This document shows, piece after piece, positions 28,243 through 38,533 of a stretch of 64,000 nucleotides of DNA. A program made the position numbers and the translations under genes. Within the stretch, counting starts at the first letter, position 1. Every line of letters begins with the position of its first letter. The DNA is from Flavobacteriales bacterium. Its GTDB lineage: Bacteria > Bacteroidota > Bacteroidia > Palsa-965. The notes under the pieces were generated by a model. It searched no databases and was not told where the DNA came from. It saw only the letters and a program-made list of their open reading frames with translations. The stretch covers positions 87,093 through 151,092 of the forward strand of contig JBEIPA010000013.1 of assembly GCA_040377305.1 (NCBI GenBank). The letters are read 5' to 3'.

Positions 28243-29556
28243 CTATTTCGCAATCGCCTCCGCCGCACCTTCCATCTTCATCCCTCTCGAACCTTTAATC
28301 AGAATTAAAGATTCACTCGGCGGATTTTTCTCCAGCCACGTTTTCACTTCACCGGCATCTTTCATACGTAGAAAATTGTGAGTGTCGCTTGTCTTTGCAA
28401 AATGATCACCCACGACAATTACGGTTGCTTCCGGAGTTTTTTCGCTGAGGAAATTTACAATGCGTTGGTGTTCGGCAGCAGAGGAATCGCCAAGCTCGAA
28501 CATATCACCCAGAATGAGCATCTTTTTATTCGCAGGAGTTGCTGCCATATTTTCAATCGCGGCAATCATGCTCGAAGGATTTGCATTGTAACAATCGAGA
28601 ATCAAAGTATTGCTTCCGCGCGTCTCGAGCTGTGAACGATTGTTATCCGGAACATACATTGCAATCGCATTGTCAATGTCGAGATGATTGACACCAAAAT
28701 GCATTCCGATAGCAGTTGCGCCCAGCATGTTCGGGAGATTGTAAGAACCGATCATTTGTGTATGCACATCGTGCGGAACAACTCCATCCGCGTGCCATTG
28801 ATAACTCACGTACGGAGTAGAGGAGATCAATGTTCCTTGCACCATCGCGGTAACATCGGTTCCGTAGGACACATTAGGCAAGCGCAATTTGAAAGCATGC
28901 AGGCGAACTTCATCTTCGAGCAAAAATGCAAATGCCTTTTTCTTTTCAAGATGAATCAGCATTTCGGTTTTGCCTTTAAACACGCCTTCTTCTCCACCGA
29001 ATCCTTCGAGATGCGCAAGACCGATGTTCGTAATCAAACCGCAATCGGGATCGGCAATGGCACACAAGTCGCGAATTTCTCCCTGATGATTTGCGCCCAT
29101 TTCAATCACCGCAATTTCATGCGCTGCTGTCAAGCGCAACAACGTCAACGGAACACCGATGTGATTATTCAGATTGCCCTGCGTAAAAAGCACGTTGTAT
29201 TTTTTCGCAAGCACTCGCGCAATTAATTCTTTCGTCGTCGTTTTGCCGTTACTTCCGGTGAGCGCAACAACTTTCAATCCGCTTGCACCAAGAACTTTTC
29301 GGTGATGGGCAGAAAGGTCTTGCAACGCTTTCAGGACATCGCTAACGAGCAAACACTTGTCCGACGACACATATTCCGCTTCGTCAACAACAGCGTACGC
29401 AGCGCCTTTAGAAATAGCATCTGCCGCGAATTTATTTCCGTTGAAGTTTCCACCTTTGAGTGCGAAGAAAATGCAGCCTGGCGTAATCGTACGCGTGTCT
29501 GTGCAAACTACCGGATTGCTGGTGAATACTTCGTATAGCTGCGCCGTTGACGTCAT
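28243..29556 (-). CDS. murF: UDP-MurNAc-tripeptide--D-Ala-D-Ala ligase
   Basis: TDTR, TGSNGKTTTKE, NLNNHIGVPL, EMGANH, DCYNANP, LGDMFELG, KGSRG. Confidence 0.98.
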   Translation of the reverse strand: MTSTAQLYEVFTSNPVVCTDTRTITPGCIFFALKGGNFNGNKFAADAISKGAAYAVVDEAEYVSSDKCLLVSDVLKALQDLSAHHRKVLGASGLKVVALTGSNGKTTTKELIARVLAKKYNVLFTQGNLNNHIGVPLTLLRLTAAHEIAVIEMGANHQGEIRDLCAIADPDCGLITNIGLAHLEGFGGEEGVFKGKTEMLIHLEKKKAFAFLLEDEVRLHAFKLRLPNVSYGTDVTAMVQGTLISSTPYVSYQWHADGVVPHDVHTQMIGSYNLPNMLGATAIGMHFGVNHLDIDNAIAMYVPDNNRSQLETRGSNTLILDCYNANPSSMIAAIENMAATPANKKMLILGDMFELGDSSAAEHQRIVNFLSEKTPEATVIVVGDHFAKTSDTHNFLRMKDAGEVKTWLEKNPPSESLILIKGSRGMKMEGAAEAIAK

Positions 29557-29580
29557 GCTTCGAAGTTACGAAGACTGATA

Positions 29581-29955
29581 TTATTCCCGTCTGTAAATCA
29601 TTTCCACCTTTTTTCGTTTTTCTGTTTTCTCAAAAACGATCTGGAGTGATCCGTTTTCAGCACGTCGCGTAAGAAAGAATGATTCTTCGCGTGGCTCACT
29701 ACGAAAGATGACGTGGATTTTATTATCCGGCTCAATCGTGTACCTCCCACCATAAACAATGGTAATCCACTGGCTCGTGTCTGTATAGGATTGGTATGTT
29801 GAATGAACAAACAGACTGTCATTGGTTATCACAAGTTTCTGTTCTTTCCCGTGATTATCGATACACACCCAGGTTCCCTTGATGCTATCTGAAGTGAGTT
29901 GGGCAAAAGCTGTTGTGCTGAAGACGAGAGAAAGGAGGAGTATGATTTGCTTCAT
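29581..29955 (-). CDS. Hypothetical exported protein (lipocalin-like fold possible)
   Basis: Signal peptide; IKGTW motif. Confidence 0.65.
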   Translation of the reverse strand: MKQIILLLSLVFSTTAFAQLTSDSIKGTWVCIDNHGKEQKLVITNDSLFVHSTYQSYTDTSQWITIVYGGRYTIEPDNKIHVIFRSEPREESFFLTRRAENGSLQIVFEKTEKRKKVEMIYRRE

Positions 29956-29988
29956 GTCATGAAGGGGTTACGTATAGTTTAAATTTAT

Positions 29989-30023
29989 AAAAAAAGGCTG
30001 CTCAATCTGAGCAGCCTTTTTTT
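29989..30023 (-). terminator. Intrinsic terminator after gldJ
   Basis: aaaaaaaggctgctca-atc-tgagcagccttttttt. Confidence 0.8.
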
Positions 30024-30037
30024 ATATCAGAATACTA

Positions 30038-31570
30038 TTACTTTCCTCCGAGTCCAACCGGTGAACCAACGCGGTCCATGCAGCAGCGGAATCCGATGAA
30101 TGCTGTAGATTGTTGCTGATCGAGGAAGCGACGCGTTCCTGGTACCATCCAGTATGCGCGATCTCTCCACGAGCCGCCTTTGTACACACGGGCTTTGTCA
30201 TTGATCAATGATGTAAAGCCGTATTCGTACATGAGTTTGTTTGGAGTAACTGACGCAGGATCGCTGTAGTATACAGAAGACAAACCATCACCATCATGGT
30301 AATTGATGTTGTCAGCATACTTGTAGTTACGACGCTTGTCAAGTTTGTCTTCTTTGTAAGAGATGTCAACGTTACGGTAACGGATCGCACCAGGAATTGA
30401 CACGATGTTTGAGTCTTTGTCGTAACGAACAGAATCTTCAACGTACATCAACGTAGGGTCAGTAGGATCCATCAATTGAGTCTGGAAAACGTTACCACGG
30501 AATCCGCGGAAATCATCATCATCAGTCAATGAAAGCGGACGATATACATCCATTACCCACTCTGATACGTTACCTGCCATGTTGTACAGACCGTAATCGT
30601 TCGGCCAGTAAGAATAAACTGGAGTAGTGATATCACCGGCGTCATTCAGGTAACCTGCAGTTCCCATGTTGTCACCGTTTGAACGCTTGTAGTTAGCAAG
30701 CATCTGTCCGATATATTCTTCGTTCGGGTTACGAACCGCGTGTCCGTTCCAAGGATAGAGACGACGATCTGTGATACGCTCACCGATTGTGTTTCCGATC
30801 AATCCGAATGCAGCATATTCCCACTCAGCTTCTGTCGGGAGGCGGTACTTCGGAAGAAGGATACCATCTTCCATACGCACACGACGCTCTTCAGGTCCTG
30901 TTGGGTTGAGTGCAGGAATGTTCGAGATTACGTTACCCACGAATGGGTTGTTTGCTTTGTCCCCGGCGAGGTAGTGATCTGTGTTGAACGCCTGATCATT
31001 CAATGCATCAGGAGCCCAGTCAAGAACGCCTTCGCGGATAAGAATGAATTCGTTTACACGATCTGTACGCCAGCTGGCGAAGTTCGAAGCCTGTAGCCAG
31101 TTCACACCTACTACCGGATAATCGCGGTAAGAAGGGTGACGCAGGTAATACAATACGTACGGTTCATTGTACGCCAGCTTCTCGCGCCATACGAGTGTAT
31201 CTGGAAGTGCGTTGTTGTAGATCTCCGGATAGTCAGCACCGTAAACACGAATCGTCCAGTACAAGTACTCGAGATAATCAAGGTTACGAACTTCTGTTTC
31301 GTCCATATAGAAAGACGACACAGTTACACGACGTGGAACGTTGTTCCAATCGTAGTTGACGTCCTGTTCTACACGACCCATAGTGAATGTTCCGCCTTCG
31401 ATGAACACCAGACCAGGTCCGGTCTCTTGCTCTTCGTAAGGCACAACTTCAAATCCTCCGTTATTTGGATCGTTGTAGTCCCAGCCGGTAACGTTAGATC
31501 GCTCTCTTTGGCAGCTGCCCAAAAGAACAATTGTCGCTAACAGCATCATCGGCATCACTGATTTTTTCAT
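30038..31570 (-). CDS. gldJ: Gliding motility lipoprotein GldJ (FGE-sulfatase family)
   Basis: Lipobox LGSC; TGW.YND; GPGLVFIEGGTFTMG; YPVVGVNW; RLPTEAEWEYAA; murF/porU neighbourhood. Confidence 0.88.
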   Translation of the reverse strand: MKKSVMPMMLLATIVLLGSCQRERSNVTGWDYNDPNNGGFEVVPYEEQETGPGLVFIEGGTFTMGRVEQDVNYDWNNVPRRVTVSSFYMDETEVRNLDYLEYLYWTIRVYGADYPEIYNNALPDTLVWREKLAYNEPYVLYYLRHPSYRDYPVVGVNWLQASNFASWRTDRVNEFILIREGVLDWAPDALNDQAFNTDHYLAGDKANNPFVGNVISNIPALNPTGPEERRVRMEDGILLPKYRLPTEAEWEYAAFGLIGNTIGERITDRRLYPWNGHAVRNPNEEYIGQMLANYKRSNGDNMGTAGYLNDAGDITTPVYSYWPNDYGLYNMAGNVSEWVMDVYRPLSLTDDDDFRGFRGNVFQTQLMDPTDPTLMYVEDSVRYDKDSNIVSIPGAIRYRNVDISYKEDKLDKRRNYKYADNINYHDGDGLSSVYYSDPASVTPNKLMYEYGFTSLINDKARVYKGGSWRDRAYWMVPGTRRFLDQQQSTAFIGFRCCMDRVGSPVGLGGK

Positions 31571-31668
31571 GGTGAGAGATGTTGGTTGTAGTAGTTTCCC
31601 TTTATTGTTTACTAATCTATATAACGGCGTTTCCCGCGCCAGATACATATACTATTGAAAATAATTTT

Positions 31669-32619
31669 TTAGAACGACGGACAGCTAACTGTACGGAACT
31701 TCTTTTTCTTCGGACGACACTCAAACTGCATCTGGAACGACAGCTCATGTGAACCTGCTGTAGCGTTGGTCAGTTTCGACACTGTTACGTCGTAGCTGTA
31801 ACCAAACTTGAACAAGTCCTGCTGGAATCCAAGAAGTAGAATGAACGAATCGCGGTTACGGTACCATGCACCACCAACGATTGGTCCTTTAGTGAAGTAG
31901 ATTCCGAGGTTCAGCTGTTCGAAATCTCCTTGTTTCTGATACAGGATGTTTGGTGAAATATTCGAATCACCATAACGTCCTCCCAATGGAATTACAGCAC
32001 CGGCGTGGCCTGTATATTTCATTGGCAATTTTGACTGACCAAGGAATCCTTCATCAGGCTCAGTAATGTGGTGTACAGCGAAACCGAAGAAATAACGGCG
32101 GCTGTATCCCAAAAGACCTGCTGAGAAGTCAACGTTGGTACGACTAGTAACGTTCGGAACCTCTGCTGTATTGTATACGAAGCCACGACGCGGGTCGATC
32201 ATATCACCGAAATTCAGCTTGCTCCAGTCAACCGACTTTTGAGCGTATGTAGCCTGCATTCCGATTTTCATCGAGAACTCACGTGTGATGTTCAGCTGAT
32301 ATGAATACATACCGCTGATGTTTGTAGTGTTGATTGTAGCTTGTCCGGCACGGTCGTTGGTGAAAAGGAATCCAACACCTCCCTGAATCGCATCAATATG
32401 CTGATCGTATGATGCACTGTACGTTACGAATGTTCCTGAAATCCCAGGCCATTGGTTACGGTAGTTCAAACAAATACGCGGACAGCGCGCAGTACCTGCA
32501 AAAGCGGGGTTTAGGTACAGCGGATTTGCATAGAACTGGGTAAATTCCGGGTCCTGTGCAAAAAGATCGCCCATGCTAACTGTTACAAGCGCAAGGACAA
32601 TAACCAGACGTTTCATCAT
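31669..32619 (-). CDS. T9SS membrane protein, PorP/SprF family
   Basis: AQDPEFTQFY.NPLYLNPAFAG; YRNQW; GYSYD; GSHELS. Confidence 0.93.
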   Translation of the reverse strand: MMKRLVIVLALVTVSMGDLFAQDPEFTQFYANPLYLNPAFAGTARCPRICLNYRNQWPGISGTFVTYSASYDQHIDAIQGGVGFLFTNDRAGQATINTTNISGMYSYQLNITREFSMKIGMQATYAQKSVDWSKLNFGDMIDPRRGFVYNTAEVPNVTSRTNVDFSAGLLGYSRRYFFGFAVHHITEPDEGFLGQSKLPMKYTGHAGAVIPLGGRYGDSNISPNILYQKQGDFEQLNLGIYFTKGPIVGGAWYRNRDSFILLLGFQQDLFKFGYSYDVTVSKLTNATAGSHELSFQMQFECRPKKKKFRTVSCPSF

Positions 32620-32892
32620 GTTTATGATGTTAGGTTAAGATACAATGATACGGATTTTACCCGAACCAACCGTCCATTTGAGAAAATCGACAGTGCTCAG
32701 GCAATAAACCGTGTTTGCCAACGTTTTTCTCTCGGTTTTAATTCTGGTCCGGAGACTAACTAAACATAAAGTACAGTAATTTCAACCGGAATTCCAAGTA
32801 AACAGGCGGCAAACCTGTTTTTTTGTCCGGATTAGAGCCGAAAATTGGCCCGCACGCCAGCAAAAAAAGGAAGAACTTTATTGAATTGCGAC

Positions 32893-35800
32893 ATGAAGTC
32901 ACGATCTGCTACAATACGCTTATTTACAGCCATTTGCGCCCTAGTTGCGACTCAGGGAATGGCTCAGAATTTCCGCAAACTGAACACTGGAGAGCACCAG
33001 GAATTGCGTTGGACCACGCCCATTTACAACCGGTTTAACGAGAACGAGGTGAAGACCTTCGCCTACTTTGAAGGGGCACAATACGATGCTTCTAAGAATT
33101 TCCTTCCGTACTGGCAGGAGATGAAACAGCTCAATTCAGATGTAACCGTAACCGCTGTTATTGAAAACGCGGTGTATGAAACTATGGATCCGAATTCGGT
33201 TTCAGCAATCGGCACACAAGCCAGTCAGATTGGAACTGAGGCGGAAGTTGTTGCTATTGTTACGAAATCGCGCGGCAAATTTTATTCGAGCATTCGCATT
33301 GTGCCGATGCGAAGAACAGGAAACGGAACTATCCAACGGCTGGTTAGCTTCGATCTGCGCACCATTGAAACGCCGAATACTCAGCGTCAGCAAATACAAA
33401 CTTCCAGTGTTGCGAACTCAGTTCTTGCAAGCGGAACCTGGTATAAAATTGCCGTTGTGTATTCAGGAATTCATAAGATCGATTACAACTTCCTGAATAA
33501 TCTTGGAATTGATATGGCTTCGCTTGATCCACGTGATCTGCGTCTTTATGGAAATGGCCGTGGACAACTTCCATTCAGCAATTACGAACAACATTACGAT
33601 GATCTGAATGAGAATGCGATTTATGTTCAGGGTGAAGCTGACGGTGTTTTCGATCAGAACGATTACATGTTGTTCTACGGCGTTGCTCCGAATACGTGGG
33701 AATACGATACTTCAGATAATCATTATCGTCATCACGTTCATGAGTATTCAGACACGACTTACTATTTCCTCACGTATGACAAAGGTCCGGGCGCTTCACG
33801 TATTCAGGGACAAGGATCTTCTTTGCTGACTCCAACAGATACCGTTGATGCGTTCGACGATTATGGTTTCCACGAATACGACAATGAGAATCTAATCAAG
33901 TCCGGGCGTTCGTGGTACGGGGAGAAAATCGATATCATCAACACGTACAGTTTCGCGTTCAACTTTCCGAACATTGAGTTAGGAGAATTGTCGTGGTGCG
34001 ATGTGGACATGATTTCACGAAACGGTTCGTCTACCTCTTTCAATTTGTCTTGTCAATCGAACACATCGCAGTTTTTCATCGGACCAGCACAAATGACCAC
34101 GTATTACGCGCCGTATGCAATCGGAGGCGGACAGGAAATTACGTTTACTCCTAATGGACCAACAATTACCGTCACAGTGACGCGTGACCCAAATAGCGCA
34201 GCTACAGCGTGGATCAATTGGGTGGAAGTAAACTGTCGTCGCCAATTGCGCATGAGCGGATCCCAAATGGCATTCCGTGATATGACTACTGTTGGCGCAG
34301 GGAATGTTGCGCTGTATCAATTCTCAAACTTCAGCAACTCAACTGTTATTTGGGATGTGACAGATTATGCGAATCCGAAAACACAGGCAACAACGATCAA
34401 CGGACCAATTCTGGAATGGACATTGCCTGCTGATACTCTTCACGAGTTTGTCGCATTTGATGGTTCTTCATATCACACACCACGAAGTGCCGGTGCAATA
34501 GTCAATCAGAATCTGCACGCAACACCGCAGGTTGATTACATCATTGTAACACATCCGATGTTCATGGCGCAGGCGCAGGAGCTTGCACAGCTTCACGCTG
34601 ATCACGATACGCTGACCACCGTTATTGTAACTCCGCAACAGATTTACAACGAGTTCTCTTCGGGTGCACAAGACGTTACTGCCATCCGCGATTTTGTGAA
34701 AATGCTTTACGATCGTGCATCTACACCGGAAGAATTGCCGAAGTACTTGTTGCTGCTTGGAGATGGATCTTACGACAACAAACGTCGTTTATCGAACAAC
34801 ACGAATTTCATTCCAACGTTTCAGAATTTCGATGGACTTGGATTAACTACATCGTATGTATCGGATGAATTTTACGGATTGCTGGATGATCAAGGTCATT
34901 GGGACAGCGGTGCAGATGTCGGTACCTGCGATTTAGGAATCGGACGTTTCCCGGTGCAGTCTGTTGCAGAAGCGCAAGGCATTGTTGACAAGATTCGTTT
35001 CTATATGACGCGTCAGGAGCCGGTTATTAATACTGCGGCCTGCACCAACAATCAGTGTGGTAATGGTGGTGAGTGGAGAAACACGGTTGTGTTTGTTGGG
35101 GACGACGAAGACTCGAACATTCACATGAGTCAGGCAGATCAGATGGCGACGCTGGTTGATACGAGCTATGACAATTACAACATCGATAAAATTTATCTCG
35201 ACGCATATCAGCAAGTGGAAACGCCGGGTGGATCACGTTATCCGGATGTAAACGAGGCAATCACACGGAGAGTTGAGCGCGGTGCATTGATAATAAACTA
35301 TACCGGTCACGGAGGAGAAGTTGGGCTTGCGCACGAACGTGTTGTGGAAGTTCACCAGATTAATTCGTGGAGAAATATGTGCAACCTGCCCTTGTTTGTA
35401 ACTGCTACCTGTGAGTTTGCGCGTTACGATGATCCGGGCAGAACATCTGCAGGCGAGTATGTAATTCTTAATTCACTCGGCGCAGGAATCGGGTTGTTTA
35501 CGACTACGCGTCTTGTATATTCAACGCCGAATTTCGTACTGAACCGGAATTTCTACCGTACAGTTTTCGAACCAATCAACGGTGAAATGCCGCACATTGG
35601 TGATGTGTATTGGGAAACGAAATTGCTTAGCGGAAACAGCACGAACAACAGAAACTTCGCATTACTTGGTGATCCTGCGTTGAAACTTAATTATGCGCAC
35701 AACGAAGTTGTAACTACCGAAGTAAACAACGAACCGGTGAACATGTCGCAGGCCGATACGTTGAAAGCACTCGATCGCGTAACAATCAAAGGTTTTGTTT

Positions 35801-36780
35801 CAGATCCATCGGGCGCATTGATGAGCGGCTTCAACGGAATTCTTTATCCGACCGTATTCGATAAGCCCGCAACTATTACAACGCTTGGAAACGATCCTCC
35901 GAATCCTCCGTTCGTGTTCAAGTTGCAGCGTAACGTTTTGTATCACGGAAAAGTAAGTGTGGTGAATGGAAACTTTGAATTCTCATTCGTTGTTCCCCGC
36001 GACATTTCATACTCCTACGGAATCGGAAGAGTGAGTTATTACGCGGAGGATGGAATTACTGATGCGCATGGTCATTATGAAAATCTGGTGATCGGTGGCT
36101 CGAATACAACTGCACCTCCGGATAACGTTGGGCCTGCAATACGGTTGTTCCTGAACGACAGTTTGTTTGTCGCAGGCGGAATTACTGACGAGAGTCCGAA
36201 GCTGTTTGCGATGGTAACCGATAGTAATGGTGTGAATACAGTTGGTAATGGTATTGGTCACGACATCGTTGCGGTTCTTGATGAAGAAACGGATCACGCT
36301 ATTGTACTAAACGATTATTACCAGGCAAGCATAAACAGTTATCAGAGCGGAACGATTATTTATCCGTTCGCTGATCTCGAACCAGGTCCACACACATTGT
36401 CGCTGAAAGTTTGGGACGTGTACAACAATTCTGCAACGGTTACTACCGATTTTGTGGTGCAGGCAGCGAGCGGATTGCGATTGAGTCATGTGTTGAATTA
36501 TCCGAATCCGTTTACAACAACAACTTCATTCTACTTCGAACACAACCAATGTTGTACCGATTTCGATGCGATGGTTCAGATTTTCACTGTATCAGGAAAG
36601 CTGGTGAAAACGATAAACGAGCATCTTTACTCTGAAGGCTATCGCTCACAGGCCATTATTTGGGACGGAACCGACGATTACGGTGATAAAATCGGTCGTG
36701 GTGTGTATATCTACCGGATGTATGTGCGTACTGCGGATGGCTTAGCAGCAGAGCATTACGACAAACTGGTAATTCTCTAG
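32893..36780 (+). CDS. porU: T9SS sortase PorU (C25 family)
   Basis: SVLASGTWYK; IYNEFSSG; LLGDGSYD; NYTGHGGE; TATCEF; LLGDPA; VWDVYNN; NYPNPF. Confidence 0.96.
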   Translation: MKSRSATIRLFTAICALVATQGMAQNFRKLNTGEHQELRWTTPIYNRFNENEVKTFAYFEGAQYDASKNFLPYWQEMKQLNSDVTVTAVIENAVYETMDPNSVSAIGTQASQIGTEAEVVAIVTKSRGKFYSSIRIVPMRRTGNGTIQRLVSFDLRTIETPNTQRQQIQTSSVANSVLASGTWYKIAVVYSGIHKIDYNFLNNLGIDMASLDPRDLRLYGNGRGQLPFSNYEQHYDDLNENAIYVQGEADGVFDQNDYMLFYGVAPNTWEYDTSDNHYRHHVHEYSDTTYYFLTYDKGPGASRIQGQGSSLLTPTDTVDAFDDYGFHEYDNENLIKSGRSWYGEKIDIINTYSFAFNFPNIELGELSWCDVDMISRNGSSTSFNLSCQSNTSQFFIGPAQMTTYYAPYAIGGGQEITFTPNGPTITVTVTRDPNSAATAWINWVEVNCRRQLRMSGSQMAFRDMTTVGAGNVALYQFSNFSNSTVIWDVTDYANPKTQATTINGPILEWTLPADTLHEFVAFDGSSYHTPRSAGAIVNQNLHATPQVDYIIVTHPMFMAQAQELAQLHADHDTLTTVIVTPQQIYNEFSSGAQDVTAIRDFVKMLYDRASTPEELPKYLLLLGDGSYDNKRRLSNNTNFIPTFQNFDGLGLTTSYVSDEFYGLLDDQGHWDSGADVGTCDLGIGRFPVQSVAEAQGIVDKIRFYMTRQEPVINTAACTNNQCGNGGEWRNTVVFVGDDEDSNIHMSQADQMATLVDTSYDNYNIDKIYLDAYQQVETPGGSRYPDVNEAITRRVERGALIINYTGHGGEVGLAHERVVEVHQINSWRNMCNLPLFVTATCEFARYDDPGRTSAGEYVILNSLGAGIGLFTTTRLVYSTPNFVLNRNFYRTVFEPINGEMPHIGDVYWETKLLSGNSTNNRNFALLGDPALKLNYAHNEVVTTEVNNEPVNMSQADTLKALDRVTIKGFVSDPSGALMSGFNGILYPTVFDKPATITTLGNDPPNPPFVFKLQRNVLYHGKVSVVNGNFEFSFVVPRDISYSYGIGRVSYYAEDGITDAHGHYENLVIGGSNTTAPPDNVGPAIRLFLNDSLFVAGGITDESPKLFAMVTDSNGVNTVGNGIGHDIVAVLDEETDHAIVLNDYYQASINSYQSGTIIYPFADLEPGPHTLSLKVWDVYNNSATVTTDFVVQAASGLRLSHVLNYPNPFTTTTSFYFEHNQCCTDFDAMVQIFTVSGKLVKTINEHLYSEGYRSQAIIWDGTDDYGDKIGRGVYIYRMYVRTADGLAAEHYDKLVIL

Positions 36781-36800
36781 TAAAAGCATCAGTTAAATTT

Positions 36801-36808
36801 TATATTTG
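36801..36808 (+). promoter_or_regulatory. Bacteroidota -7 promoter element (TATATTTG) upstream of porV
   Basis: Consensus match. Confidence 0.6.
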
Positions 36809-36818
36809 CTTACTAACA

Positions 36819-38087
36819 ATGATTGAAATGAAAAATTTGGCCACAAAAGCGGTTGTAGTTGCAGGAGCGGCTTTGTTAATTTCCGCAGTGCCAGCATCTG
36901 CACAAAACGGACCTACCAGCACGTTAACGCGTGATGAGATTTTGGGTGGACTGAATACGATCACTACCGCGGTACCTTTTCTTCTCATCACACCTGACTC
37001 ACGCGCAGGAGGAATGGGAGAAGTAGGAGTTTCGACGACGCCTGATGTAAATTCTATTCACTGGAATGCCGCGAAGCTTGCGTTTGCTCCGCAGAAATTC
37101 GGTCTGGGAGTTTCGTACACACCCTGGTTGCGTGCGCTTGTTCCGGACATTAACCTCGCTTACGTTTCTTTCTACGTGAAGCCGGATAAGAATTCAGCAT
37201 TTGCAAGCTCACTGCGTTATTTCTCTATGGGTAGTATCACCTTTACTGATGTAGTAGGAAATACCATTGGGCAGTTCCGTCCGAATGAATTTGCACTTGA
37301 TGCAGCGTACTCACGGAAACTTAGTGAACGTTTCTCTGCAGCAATGACGGCTCGATTTATTTTGTCGAACCTCACGAACGGAATCACGGTTCAGGGTCAG
37401 GATACAAAAGCGGGTAAAGCAGTTGCAGTTGACTTGTCTGCGTTCTACATGAACGATGATCTCGAAATGGCAGATAAGCCAATGACACTTATGTTCGGTC
37501 TTGCGATCACAAACATTGGTAACAAGATTTCTTACTCAACGAGCACGAACAAAGATTTCATTCCAATCAATCTTCGTCTGGGTGGTGGTTTCAGCGTGAA
37601 AGCAGATGATTACAACCGCATCGGATTTAATCTGGAGTTCAACAAGCTTCTCGTTCCGACTCCTCCGATTTACAAGAAAGACCAGCAAGGAAATTATATT
37701 CCGGATGGTAACGGTGGTTACGAAATTGAATTCGGAAAAGACCCAAACCGTTCTGTGCCTGAAGGAATGTTCGGTTCATTCAATGATGCGCCGGGTGGTT
37801 TCACAGAAGAGCTACGTGAGATTAACCTGAGCACTGGTGCTGAATACTGGTACAACGAAACATTCGCAATTCGCGCCGGATATTTCTACGAGCATCCTTT
37901 GAAAGGGAATCGTCAGTTCCTAACGCTTGGTGCAGGAATCAAGTACAATGTATTCGGACTTGACTTCGCTTACCTCATTCCAACAAACGCACAACGCAGT
38001 CCGCTGCAGAATACATTGCGTTTCACGCTTACGTTCGACTTCGATGCAATGAAGAAGAATAACGAAGCTGGCGGCGACGCAAAATAG
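36819..38087 (+). CDS. porV: T9SS shuttle PorV
   Basis: NTITTAVPFLLITPDSRAGGMG; SYTPWLR; NKLLVPTPP; SFNDAPGG; KGNR; follows porU. Confidence 0.95.
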   Translation: MIEMKNLATKAVVVAGAALLISAVPASAQNGPTSTLTRDEILGGLNTITTAVPFLLITPDSRAGGMGEVGVSTTPDVNSIHWNAAKLAFAPQKFGLGVSYTPWLRALVPDINLAYVSFYVKPDKNSAFASSLRYFSMGSITFTDVVGNTIGQFRPNEFALDAAYSRKLSERFSAAMTARFILSNLTNGITVQGQDTKAGKAVAVDLSAFYMNDDLEMADKPMTLMFGLAITNIGNKISYSTSTNKDFIPINLRLGGGFSVKADDYNRIGFNLEFNKLLVPTPPIYKKDQQGNYIPDGNGGYEIEFGKDPNRSVPEGMFGSFNDAPGGFTEELREINLSTGAEYWYNETFAIRAGYFYEHPLKGNRQFLTLGAGIKYNVFGLDFAYLIPTNAQRSPLQNTLRFTLTFDFDAMKKNNEAGGDAK

Positions 38088-38107
38088 CGTCATCCATTGC
38101 CTTATAG

Positions 38108-38141
38108 AAAAACGGCGATTCCTCAAGAGTCGCCGTTTTTT
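38108..38141 (+). terminator. Intrinsic terminator after porV
   Basis: aaaaacggcgatt-cctcaag-agtcgccgtttttt. Confidence 0.75.
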
Positions 38142-38533
38142 ATTTGCCACACCTTTTCACTTTTTTCTTTCCACTTTTTTAGAAAAAGTGGAGCAAAAAT
38201 CGGCCGCCTAATATTTTCATTCGATTTTTCTCGTCTCCACGCGCACCGCGTCCCTAGGCGCGACGTCGTCTCTAAGAAAATGTGTGCTTCGGAGCAACTA
38301 CATTCGTCATTGATCAACATCATTCGCCGCGCTTGGTCCGCTTAAGGTGCACGTTCCAACGGAAAAATCGCCTGAAAATATTTTGCGTCCCGGCCCGCCT
38401 CACGAGTAGGGTAAATTGGGGACCGCATCAAATGTGTGCCTTGAAAAAACGAGAATGGTGTTGTCCACAATGAAAATTGTGCTTGAAGCGCAATTGAAAA
38501 CGTCTTTTTTCGTTTTACAATTGGCCCACGCAC

